A DNA stretch of 64,000 bases from Eledone cirrhosa (taxonomy: Eukaryota), in the NCBI GenBank assembly GCA_964016885.1, contig OZ024745.1, positions 79,670,001-79,734,000 of the forward strand, written 5' to 3'. Made by a program: the position numbers and the translations under genes. Position 1 is the first letter of the stretch. The number at the start of each line of letters is the position of its first letter. Of the stretch, positions 39,150 to 51,765 are shown piece after piece. A model generated the notes under the pieces. It searched no databases. It was not told the DNA's origin and worked only from the letters and a program-made list of their open reading frames with translations.

Positions 39150-42030
39150 TTCAACAGAATTCCAGCGGACAGAATGGAGAAGGCGTTTCCTCGGAGGACG
39201 GCAAGGGAGACGTGCTGGAAAAGCCACTCCAACTCGCGGTGATCACACCTGCAGCAGGCCAGCTCAGCGTCTATGGTGGTGAGTAGGAAGGTAGCCCTAG
39301 GGCTGAGGACACCAGAAGTCTAGACTGCCAAGGGTACAACCGCAAACCTGTCGGAGAGCAACCGGTTTTGAGGAGTTTGGCCTCCTCAGCCCAACGTGCA
39401 GCAGAACCTGGGTTAATCGCAGACTGCTCCAGGTTGCGGCTGCAGAAAGTGTCGGTGCTAGTGGTATCGCAGACGAGGGGTTTGCCACCGCGGAACGGGA
39501 AGATGGTCATGCCATCTGGCCTTTTGACGTCCCCTCGGTCCAGCCGCACCGGGTCGAGCTGGGAAGGGAAGCCTGCAGCGTCCAAGCCATGCTTTATGAC
39601 CTCGTTGAGGGCAGCATGGCGTGGAAGGCACTGTGGAGACAGGAAAGCGGGTGGAGGCCGGAAGAGTCCACGGTGGATCTACAGCGACATTAGTGTGGCT
39701 CGCAGATCCGGAGACCGAGCCTCAAGGAAACGCCGATGCGCAGGCTATTGTTGTCTAGCTGCGTGCCAGTGGAGAAGGAGAGCAGGGCATGGATCCAGGC
39801 ACCACTGTGGGGTTTGGAGGCCGCACGAAAACAGGAAAAGCGGTGCTGGTCGAGCTGGCGCGTGAGCCTGTCTGAGGCCAGGCTACACTGGATGGCATCC
39901 CAAGTGCTTTGGGAGGACTTGACGTCAGCAGGGGGAGAAGGAGGAGGGACGTCTACTGGGCTAAGTCCCAGCCGGTCCCACGTCTCACAGGCGGCCTCAC
40001 GTTCTCTGAACACAGAGGGTTCTATTGTGTTTTGAAGAACCCTGCTGACGAGGACGCGGCATGAAAGAAACGCCGGCAAAGCCAGTGAGATCGGGGACCG
40101 GAGGCCAAAGCCACCATACCTGGCAGGTAATGTGGCCTATTGCCATCCAATGTCGTCAAACTTGACGTTGCATATCTCCTCGGCTGCTGCTCGGATACAA
40201 GTATCGAGGTCAGCGAGGAGAGATGCGTGGCTGTAACACGGAGCGTTGCGAAGGGTATAGAGGAGCTTCGACATGGCGAACCAGTTCCTCAACAGGAAGA
40301 GAGCTGGGTGGCCGTCGATCAAGCCCAGTCGGCTCATGAGAGTCTGGAGTTATTGAAGCCTGGACCTGATGGTAGAGCGGATGGCCGGCGGTAGGAATCC
40401 CCTTTGGGGGTCACCTGTACCTGGTGGAGAATGGACCTCACGTCCGGGTCGGAGGCTGCAAAGCTCTCAGCATCGTGGCTGACATTCACCACCTCTGACT
40501 TGGCCGAGTTGACCTGGAGGCCGATTCCCGCCAGGGCAGGAACCACCGATTGTAGGTCATGGCAGACAGTCTGTACGGGCCCGCCCAACGTAGCATCATC
40601 CAGATACCAAACGTTGAGAGGGGCGATGTGATCTATACCAAGAGCAAACAGGAGGGGCCCCAAAGGGTCGCCCTGTTGGACCCCTGTGGCCGAAGGTATG
40701 ACCGTATCAGCAGCAAGGAGCATGCTCGGGGCTCCATACGACAGGTAAGCCAGCGGGTAGGAAGAGGAGGCTCGGCTGAGGCAGGCATCGAGCAGATGGT
40801 GCCGGTGTAAGCAATTAAAGGTATTCCTCATGTCAAGCTTGACAATGAGGTGCCTGGAGTCCCTGGATGCCGATTCCGGTGGGCAGCTGTTGAAGAACTG
40901 CCTGGTTGCATGTGCGGCCCCCTCACAGCCACCGGACACGCCGGCACCCAGTTGCATCGGACTGAACTCCTCACCCAGTTCGGGTGTTATGGACCTGCAG
41001 ACTACCTTGGCAGCCAGCCTCCGGAAGACATTGCCCACAGCGATGAGGCGTATGCCACCCTCTTTCTTCCTGAGAGCGGTGAGGCTAGTCGAAAAAAAGA
41101 GGCCTTGGGCGTGAGGGTCCAGGGCGCCATGGATAAGCCTATTGGTGAGTGCCACAATTGCACTCAGAAGGCGGCGCTCGGCCTCAACGGAGAGGGAGGA
41201 TAGCAACTTCTTGAGATGACCTGGTCGGAGATCATCAGCACCTCCGCTGCTGCTAGCTTGGAAGGACTTGATGGCGGACATGATGTCTGTGTCGGAAGCC
41301 ACAAGGAGCAGGTTCGGGTCGGGTCAGGGTATGGGTCTGAGACCAGCAGGCGGCTCAGGGTGTTTGAGTCGCAGGACAGCCAGGACCTCCTCGGTAGGCT
41401 GGAAGACAGTGTCCTCTGAAGCAACCACTCTGACTGCGGCCGAGACATCACCAATGATTAATTTGGCATTTACGCGGTCACGCAAACGCTTGGCGCTGGC
41501 CTCAGGGGTGGAAGATTGGGGGTACTCGAGGGTGGGATGTGTGGCGTCCCTAGTCACGCTTGGAATGGGCGCTTGTCCAAAGGACGAAACAATGGCATTG
41601 AAGAAAGCTTCTGTCGACCGGTTGCCTCGGTCAGCACCAGAGCTAGGGAGGCGGAGGGCGAGTGGGGCGAAATAAAAGAGTCGCTCCCAGTTGCTGGAGT
41701 CCAGGGCGCTCTCAATCGAGGAAGCGAGGGCATCGGCTACCGGCACCCGGGCCGCTCTCAGGATCGTGAGTGGGATCTTCCGGAGCCGCCCGAGCCGAGC
41801 GATGTTGACCAGCGAGGCTTGGGCGTCAGGCAAGCTCGCTGTCTCATCTGATGGTGCGCCAGACGGCCGTGACTGGGCAGATGAAGGGAAGAGGCAGTTC
41901 CTGCATTTCCACGCTGCGAGGGCACTGGAAGCTCGACATGTCAAGCCAACACAGGTGAGGTGGTGGAAGCAGACGCACCCCGAACAGTTCCGGCACCTCT
42001 TCTGTTCGTGGTGCTGCAAGTGCTGCAGGT
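39150..42030 (-). mobile_element. CRE-clade non-LTR retrotransposon (PHD-like finger, RT, RLE endonuclease), frameshifted
   Basis: GIRLIAVGNVFRRLAAK, QLGAGVSGGCE, KLDMRNTFN, GVQQGDPLGPLLF, WYLDD, RPDGMTIFPFRGGKPLVCD, SLAVLRGNA; N-terminal C..C.C..HHLTC..WKCRNC. Confidence 0.85.
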
Positions 42031-42959
42031 GTAGGCTTGGGGGGATGGGGGATGGGGCGTGGGGCCAGGGACTGGGGCACCGAGCGGCATCAGGGGTGAG
42101 TGGCTGGCATGTGTGGGTGGAAAGGAAAGTGCTGGTAAGAGGGCCTCATAGCTCACCTACATCCGATATGGAGGCGTCAGAAGACAAGAGAGAAAAGAAG
42201 GGGGTGCATGGAGGGGAGCCACACAAGAAGGTAGAATGTTAGCAAATGGATGAATGAATGGATGAATGTACAAAAAAAAGGGTGGGGGAAGAAAACAGGG
42301 GCTTGTTCCCAGCGGAAAGACCCAGAGTTCAGCACGCACACATGCGAGCATGTTAGCAGTTTCTCATAGGACCTTATGGCTGAAGGTAAGTCATTCAATC
42401 CTGAAAACACGTGTTGTTGTTTTCCCTGATGCTGTCGTTGCCTTCCTCTTGTTAATGGTAGTGGTAGTGATTGCTGGTAAGATGTTGATGTATACACATA
42501 TGTGTTGTTGTTAATGTCATTGTTGCTGTCGTTGCCTTCCTCTTGTTAATGGTGGTGGTAGATGAAACTGGTACCAATTCGGGCTGCCAGGCAGTATGTT
42601 GAGGCTCGAGTGCCTCCTTTTACCGAAGTTGCGGAGTCGTTGTTATTGTCCTGTTGTTGTCGCCTTCTTGACCGGAGATGCGGGTCAGTGGCTTTCGGCA
42701 TCATTTGGCAGCACAACGGTAAATTGGAGTGACGGTGAGAAGGAGTGTATGCGTGTATACTGCAACATGTGTGTGCATATGAGTATGAAAGTGTCTGTGT
42801 GCATAGAAAACTAAATCTTGCTTCTTGTGAGACCGATGTGTCCTATGGCGTGGATATTTTCGTGTGTGGAGGCATGTATGCAGAGGTGCACATGGGTGTA
42901 GAGATGTGTGTTGGATGGTATATAAGAGTGTTGTATGAGTGTGAATGTCTGTTTGAGTG

Positions 42960-43940
42960 TGGTGTGTATGCCGTTGTGGTGTGTGCACCGTTGTGGTGTG
43001 GGTGTACCGTTGTGGTGGGTGCTGTGTTGTGGTGGGTGTGCCGTTGTGGTGTGTGTACCGTTGTGGTGGGTGTACCGTTGTGGTGTGTGTGCCGTTGTGG
43101 TGGGTGTACCGTTGTGGTGTGTTTGTGCCGTTGTGGTGTGTGTGCCGTTGTGGTGTGTGTGCCCTTGTGATGTGTGTGCCGTTGTGGTGGGTGTGCCGTT
43201 GTGGTGTGTGTACCGTTGTGGTGGGTGTACCGTTGTGGTGTGTGTGCCCTTGTGATGTGTGTGCCGTTGTGGTGGGTGTGCCGTTGTGGTGTGTGTGCCC
43301 TTGTGATATGTGTGCCGTTGTGGTGGGTGTGCCGTTGTGGTGGGTGTGCCGTTGTGGTGTGTGTGCCGTTGTGGTGTGTGTGCCGGTGTGGTGTGCGTGC
43401 CCTTGTGATGGGTGTGCCGTTGTGGTGTGTGTGCCGTTGTGGTGTGTGTGCCGTTGTGATGTGTGTGCCGTTGTGGTGTGTGTGCCGTTGTGGTGGGTGT
43501 GCCGTTGTGGTGTGTGTGCCGTTGTGGTGGGTGTGCCGTTGTGGTGTGTGTGCCCTTGTGATGTGTGTGCCCTTGTGGTGTGTGTGCCGTTGTGGTGGGT
43601 GTGCCGTTGTGGTGTGTGTGCCGTTGTGGTGTATGTGCCGTTGTGGTGTGTGTGCCGTTTAGTGGGTGTGCCGTTGTGGTGTGTGTGCCGTTGTGGTGTG
43701 TGTGCCCTTGTGATGTGTGTGCCGTTGTGGTGTGTGTGCCGTTTAGTGGGTGTGCCGTTGTGGTGTGTGTGCCGTTGTGGTGTGTGTGCCCTTGTGATGT
43801 GTGTACCGTTGTGGTGTGTTTGTGCCGTTGTGGTGTGTGTGCCGTTGTGGTGTGTGTGCCGTTGTGATGTGTGTGCCGTTGTGATGTGTGTGCCGTTGTG
43901 GTGTGTGTGCCGTTGTGGTGTGTGTGCCGTTGTGGTGTAG
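42960..43940 (+). repeat. 17-bp minisatellite, unit ~GTGTGTGCCGTTGTGGT
   Basis: Direct reading; it explains the repetitive ORFs at 42701-44134. Confidence 0.95.
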
Positions 43941-44664
43941 GTGGGTGTGTAGGAGCAAGATGCATGTGTGGGAAGTATATAAGGGTTAGATAAACTGTGT
44001 TGAGATGGTGGAAATATAAATTCTTCCATGTTTCTGAAGTGACAACATGGCGGTGTGTTGTGTAGAAGGAGGCCGGTAAGAGAGAGCTGTTGGCTGAAGT
44101 GATGGACGGTGTGGGTGCCGTTGCCAATGTCCATCCTATTTCAAATAACGCTTATACTATATAAATCATCACATCTTTCCATATTCCTTCTTTTGACTAC
44201 TACTTTCTTCTATGTAAATTAATTCCCATATTTTACTTTTTATCCCTTGTATAAATATTTTTATGTCGATTTTTTGGGGGGTGGGGATGGGTGGGGGGCG
44301 GGGGGGGGGGGGGGCGTTTTAAGTGTTGATAAACAGGACTAATCTGTTACATACATACATACCGAAGAAATACAGTACCACCAGATAAGGAATCCACAAC
44401 ACATTTTCTAAAATACAAGTAACAAAATTCTACATATCAACTTCCATTTGTCTCCAAAATAATCCTTCCCACATTCACGCTTTGACTGCGTATATGAGAA
44501 GTTATGCACACATGAGAATAATAAGTATTTTTCCAATCCTAGTCAACCTCTCGGGAAGAGAAATAAATGTATATTATTAGCATTCCACTTTTTTTTAGTA
44601 AGCTACATAATTTAGTCCTTTAGTAAAATCTAATAAGTTTATATATATACATATATATATATAC

Positions 44665-44731
<67 letters not shown>

Positions 44732-46019
44732 TATATATACGTGTGTGTATATATATACTTAAGGTAAATATTGATGCAATTCAATTCAAGCACTCAACGT
44801 ACTTTTTCCACATAGGAGTGACGGAGTATATATATCGAATAAGAAAAAGCGAAGTAGTTTTAGATGTTAAAGTCCTTTAATGATAATGCTGTGATACATA
44901 TTTCAATGACGACAGTGGCCACACGGTTCGGTGCACCCAGTGCCGTGACATCATCAGACAGCTCCTTACATAATAAGGTTATGTTTCCGAGGCAATCCAA
45001 ATTGAATCGACATGGGAACGGACAAAGCGTGTGCTCTTGAATTCTTCGCCCGTTCCCTTGTGAGTCCCAATTCACCCCCACCGGGCTGCGCAGGCGCAAG
45101 TCCGAAGGAAGTTGACCATCAACTACCCCAAAGTTCTACGAAACTCGCCTAGGCAGGTCCTCCTCTCAACCAAACAATCACCCCATCCAGGTGTAATATG
45201 ACACGATTATAGTTTATTGCTAGCCACCCTGCAGTGGCATTTGACCGATGGCTGGGGGAGAGTATGAGTTTCAATAGGTCTCAATACTACCCCTAAATTA
45301 AGCATGGACAGTAGGATTGACCATCACCCGCTAAGAGAATATATACTTATTTCTAGGTATTATGGTTTCACTGTGGAAATTATGATTGAGAATTAGAAAT
45401 TAAACCTAAAAATTAAAAATTAAAAAAATTACAAGTTAAAATCTTAATTGAAGTAAGTAAAAAAAATATATGTACATATAATAACTAATAAATAGGGATA
45501 CGTTTAAATTATAGTAAGGAGGATCAATATTACAGATATATTATCCATATATTGAACGATAGTACCGTACAGTAGAACGGAGGGTAAATTACAGTATGAA
45601 ACGTAGTAGTTAGGCAAATACATAGTTAATATCTCTATCACATGAGTCAAAACAAAAAATACAAAATATAAAATACACAAAAAATACAAAAAATACAAAA
45701 AATACATATATGCAAAATGAGATAGGAGATATATATGTAAAATGAGATAGGAGATATATATGAGACACATATACGAGGAAGGTCAACTGTATGGAAATGA
45801 GGGTATAAGGGGTTAAGATGATTGTCAATTTTGTCCATATATAAGGAAAAGAAATTGAAAATGAAACTGGAGTCTTTTAGAATATTTATTTATTTACTTT
45901 ATCGGTTTCACAGTTCTTATCATTTTCAAAAGTAAAATTGAGATGGAGGTTTTGTGTTTCTGTTGTGGTTTGTCTTGCAGCAGATGCGGGATAAACCACA
46001 ACAGAAACACCCCCCCCCC

Positions 46020-46063
<44 letters not shown>

Positions 46064-46232
46064 CAAAGGAATTGTGGTAAGGAACCAGATGGACCATAAC
46101 GCACCAGAGTACTCAATACTTAGGGTAGTAGAGTGGGAAATAGTTCTAGCCGTTTCGACGGCTGTTTCTGGACTGAGTCCACCAAATAGCCGTCGAAACA
46201 GCTAGAGCTCTGTCGTCGGAGTCATACTTTTT

Positions 46233-46278
<46 letters not shown>

Positions 46279-46282
<4 letters not shown>

Positions 46283-46472
46283 GTTATTCCGGGTTGAATC
46301 GGAGGTAACCACAGTAAGTAAGGTACTCAATACATAGCAGAGTATAACAGTTTTAATATAGATGAGATTCTACAGGACTAGAACTGTTTCATTCATTAGA
46401 AATCATCAGGAATCAGAGATTCTAATGAATGAAACAGTTCTAGTCCTGTAGAATCTCATCTATATTAAAACT
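46279..46472. mobile_element. Palindromic mini-element (arms 46349-46401 / 46420-46472) with hammerhead 46366-46414 (-); single-arm copy at 46908-47042
   Basis: gattc-CTGATGA-tttc-taat-gaat-GAAA-cag-ttctagtc-ctg-TA-gaatc. Confidence 0.85.
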
Positions 46473-46490
46473 ATATATATATATATATAT

Positions 46491-46758
46491 GAAAGACGTA
46501 AAATAAGAACATTTTAAAAAAATTAAAAATTAACTTACTTACTAAAATTTTCACTCCAACTAATTAGTTTCTGTAATGGGATAAAGATAGTTACGTAATA
46601 TAACCATCGAGAATTCATTACGTCACCAGGGAGTCTATTCTCAGCTAAGTCTCCAGGCAATGCGCGGACACTGGGGACTCATATAAAAATAATAATAATT
46701 CGGTGGATGGAACAGCTAGCGGGGACTGGATTCCATGCACTGAAAAAGTACGCTGTCT
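46491..46758 (-). mobile_element. Copy of the 26807-27072 element, hammerhead 46553-46634
   Basis: Near-identical sequence; core reads CTGGTGA in this copy. Confidence 0.8.
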
Positions 46759-46908
<150 letters not shown>

Positions 46909-47226
46909 GTTATTCCGGGTTGAATCGGAGGTAACCACAGTAAGTAAGGTACTCAATACATAGCAGAGTATAAAAGTTTTAATATAGATGAGATTCTACA
47001 GGACTAGAACTGTTTCATTCATTAGAAATCATCAGGAATCAGTTATATATATATAACAAAGGAATTGTGGTAAGGAACCAGATGGACCATAATGCACCAG
47101 AGTACTCAATACTTAGGGTAGTAGAGTGGGAAATAGTTCTAGCCGTTTCGACGGCTGTTTCTGGACTGAGTCCACCAAATAGCCGTCGAAACAGCTAGAG
47201 CTCTGTCGTCGGGTCATACTTTTTCC

Positions 47227-47354
<128 letters not shown>

Positions 47355-47359
47355 TATAT

Positions 47360-47428
<69 letters not shown>

Positions 47429-47433
47429 TATAT

Positions 47434-47496
<63 letters not shown>

Positions 47497-47506
47497 TATA
47501 TATATA

Positions 47507-49609
47507 GAAATTACATGAATCAAAGTTCAGTTTAAATCATTTATTTGCTTACAATTGTTTCCTCCAAACCGAGGTTTGGATTCTTCGGAGCAACTATTTA
47601 GTGATTTTTACATACTTGACCTCCTTTTCAACACAAGAGACATATAAAAACATATGTATATATTGACCCACAGCGGGTTGACATCCATCATAATAATATA
47701 ATAATATGGCAATTTACATACATTCATATTAAAGAACAAAATTAAAGTTAAAATTAAAATTAAAATTAAAATAAATAAAAATAAAAATAAAAATAAAAAT
47801 AAAGCATTGGCAGTTTATGAAGATTAAGCAAGAGGAAAGTTTAGAGTAGTCAGTGTACGAAACAGTCTCACGTGTGGCATGCACGCGTGTCTTATTTATA
47901 CAGTATTATAGTGCGGCAGATTGATACATGTAAAACAAGCAGTTAAAGCAGGTAATCAATAGCATTATGGGGTCTGTAAATTAAAGCATTTTTCACACAC
48001 ACCTGTACGATATATACGTGTAAGCCCGTTTGTAAAGAAACACCAAAAATATAACAAATGTAACAAATGAGAAGCAAAACATATAATTAATGTAAACTGT
48101 AGGCACTGAATTGGTTGTGATAACATTATCCTGTGCATGGAGTGCCACCATAGGATAGATAGATGATTAAGTAATTAATTCATTAATGGGGCTATATGTC
48201 CTATGTGCTGAATACAATGATTTATGTACAGACGATATATGAGTTTTGAGTATAGGTGTGGCTTGATGGCCAGATTAGTGTCTTTGTATGAGAGAATTGA
48301 ACTCTGGACCACACTGGTAATATTTAACTTTGACATGCATTCAGACATACAATGACCCGGAGCTTACCGGGAGTCATATATAGTAATAAGACCCTGCCAG
48401 GTTCTGCGGGTGGACTACAATTACAAAGATCATTGATTTGGAGGTCTGACTCTTCTTGTAGAATGTTCGGTTGTGGCACTCCATGATAGAAAGTAATCAT
48501 CCTGATACGAACACATTTAGTACTTCTTGATAGACTACACTGTAATTTATAGATAAGATACTTAAATTTAGAAGTTGTTTATAACCTTATATATTAGGGA
48601 CTCATCTCAAACACCATTAATGCACTTTAGGATAATAAATTTAACTATGAAAATCAGCTAGTTACCTCCCCTTACGCATTAACTCCCCTTAATCACACAC
48701 ACACTTCCGGAATATAATACAAGGTCATCTCTCACAACAAAAACAGCCTGATCTATGAATCGAAGTATATCATGGTTCACCGGACATCCAATATCGAATC
48801 ATCATGGATTGTATAATGGACATGTAGTATATAAATTGCGTTTCCTGGATTGTGTGAGTGGTGGTGGGTGCGAGGACAGTGGTGCTGTTTTGCTTCTCAT
48901 TTGTTACATTTGTTATATTTTTGGTGTTTCTTTACAAACGGGCTTACACGTATATATCGTACAGGTGTGTGTGAAAAATGCTTTAATTTACAGACCCCAT
49001 AATGCTATTGATTACCTGCTTTAACTGCTTGTTTTACATGTATCAATCTGCCGCACTATAATACTGTATAAATAAGACACGCGTGCATGCCACACTTGAG
49101 ACTGTTTCGTACACTGACTACTCTAAACTTTCCTCTTGCTTAATCTTCATAAACTGCCAATGCTTTATTTTTATTTTTATTTTTATTTATTTTAATTTTA
49201 ATTTTAACTTTAATTTTGTTCTTTAATATGAATGTATGTAAATTGCCATATTATTATATTATTATGATGGATGTCAACCCGCTGTGGGTCAATATATACA
49301 TATGTTTTTATATGTCTCTTGTGTTGAAAAGGAGGTCAAGTATGTAAAAATCACTAAATAGTTGCTCCGAAGAATCCAAACCTCGGTTTGGAGGAAACAA
49401 TTGTAAGCAAATAAATGATTTAAACTGAACTTTGATTCATGTAATTTCTATATAACTGCTCTGTAAAACAACTGATGTTATTACATTGAGCTATTTATCT
49501 TACTGGTAATAAGATAGTAATGAATTACTGTCTTACACTATTTAGGGTTTAAAAAATATATATAACTATATAAGGTTTTATTATATACATAACCATAAAT
49601 AGTATCCTT

Positions 49610-49615
<6 letters not shown>
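47507..49615. mobile_element. PLE-type element: arms 47507-48081 / 48886-49448, tail ~49455-49615
   Basis: Reverse-complement arms, hammerhead in both, (TA)n flanks. Confidence 0.85.
49362..49410 (+). ncRNA. Type I hammerhead with U4C core (mirror copy ~47545-47593, minus strand)
   Basis: ttgct-CCGAAGA-a-tccaaac-ctcg-gtttgga-g-GAAA-c-AATT-g-TA-agcaa. Confidence 0.75.
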
Positions 49616-49692
<77 letters not shown>

Positions 49693-49709
49693 TATACATA
49701 TATATATAT

Positions 49710-50322
49710 CTCAAAGGTATATATTGAGTTAGAAACTCAAAATAGTTACAATTAAATAGTTCAAGGAAAGAAATTTTTCCGGGCCGTGTAATATAATTGA
49801 ATATAAAAGGAAGATAAATACATATATATATACATATATATGTTCAAATCGTAAGGGATCAGATTTGCTAGGGTGAAAAAAATACTAACTATGAACAATA
49901 GGGTTTGCCACACTCAATTTAAAAGAATAAATTAAGGAAAGAAATACAAACCGATATTGCGGCAACTGCCAGACACCCAGATAGCTTTTGGTAATGCTGT
50001 TTCACAATTTTAGTGATAGGGAATTACCAATTCTTTTGCTCATCAGTGTGTGTCAAATTAGTAAACCCTTCACTTCTACGTATCTCAGAAGACTGAATAG
50101 TGTGCGTATATAAAATAACGCACATGGCATCAGAACCTAGGGCGTCTCAAAAACGTATACTACTAAAATTAGCAGCCAAGTTTACTCGACATTTAAATTA
50201 GCTCAACAAATTCAAGGAGCCGAATATATCAAACGTATATATTGAGTTAGAAACTGGTTCCTTACGATTTGAACACATATATGTATATATCTGTGTTTAT
50301 CTCTCTTTTATATTCAATTATA
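49710..50322. repeat. TA-embedded element with diverged inverted arms ~49791-49866 / ~50250-50322
   Basis: gttcaaatcgtaagg / ccttacgatttgaac and atataattgaatataaaag / cttttatattcaattatat. Confidence 0.65.
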
Positions 50323-50343
50323 TATATATATATATATATATAC

Positions 50344-51765
50344 ATCTATACATATATATAAAATTGAAATTGTTTGTGTGTGTGTGTATGTATCCCCCCT
50401 AATTTTTGCAAAGTCTATACAAATCCACATTTCTACTCCGATTGACTTCAAACTTGCATTTATATATTCCTTGTGGTCTAAAGATATTAACTGCAGCTTT
50501 TATTTTTCAATTTTCTGTTGTTAAAGGGGTGTTAGGCGCCGGTTATCGATCTTTCTGTCTTTCTTAGTCTGTCTTTTTAGATAGATACATAGCTAGAACG
50601 TCGCGCCCTTATCATATCTGTCTGTATTGTCTGCATTACGACATTATGACAAACATTGTTCTCATTGATGACGTATTTTCTTCGCTATTTTCCGTTCATT
50701 GCCAGGGAACGTCTTCACGAACGAAAATATCGTCTTCCTGTTTTCCTACGGTTGCAACGTTTTTCGAAATATTTACTTCTGCGTTCACAGATTGATTTTT
50801 TTTAGTTTCAGAAGATCCCGTTAAGGGTGAAAGCACACGTTGTAAGCAATGTCAATGTTACTGCTGCTACATAGTACTCCCATTACCACTGAACTTTCAC
50901 CTTTGCGTTCTGCATTTCCATCCGCAGGCCAGCATGGAATGGTCTTCATAGTAGTCAGTTTATTGAGGGAGAAACAGAAGGGTTTCGAATTTGCCGTCCA
51001 AAAAACCCATTGACAATAACGAAAACCGCTAACATCAACGCAAAATGATACATTGTAGTTCGCTTTAACCCGTCTTTTATTAATCAAAAAACTTCTTGCC
51101 AATAAACATTAACCCTTTGTGCGCCATTCATCTAACTGTAGACCAACGGAGCGTTGACAAGAACGATGGCGAATGAATCTTTGAGGAAAGCAGTTTCCTC
51201 CCGAGCTGTTAGTTCATGCGGGATTCTCTGCTACACCTTTTCATAATAATACCGAACAACGTACTGCTGGTCACTCCTTCCTCCAAAAGCCGTACAAAGC
51301 AGACATGTGTATCGGGCAGATGGATCGGGTGCAAATCTACATCAGGCTTACGCGAGAAATTCGCAAGGGACTGCACCGAGAGGGAGAGAGAGAAAGAGTA
51401 ACTTAGTGGAAATAGTGCGAATGAACTTTTGAGGTAAGTAGCCTACGCCTTATTGCTATGACACTGGAACCTTCTGCCAACTTAACCTGTGACTTTCTCT
51501 TTCACATTTATTCCAATAGGCCAAAACAGAGTGGAAATGCCGGTGGACAACTGTCACAGAAGGAGTATAAAAAGAAGGGGCTCAACAATATTTCTATGAA
51601 CAATGCACGTAGACAGCTAAACTGTACTTTCAACTTCTTAATTTTCTCCAAATAAAACAAGTTTCCTGTCGGTATATTTTCGTGAGTTTTTAACAGGCAC
51701 TCACAAATAAACGTTTCTCATTGGAGGTGCTATTACCAATGTTCTTACCCGTGCAACGCCGGGTT
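50344..51765 (+). mobile_element. Probable non-autonomous Helitron
   Basis: 5' a|TCTATACATATATATAAAA..gtttgtgtg..ccgattgacttcaaactt; 3' subterminal hairpin acccgtgcaacgccgggt; terminal CTAG absent. Confidence 0.55.

Noticed and set aside
42701-44134. Long His/Thr-rich ORFs, or a CRISPR-like array
   Set aside because: Stop-free 17-bp minisatellite; no unique spacers and no cas genes; eukaryotic context.
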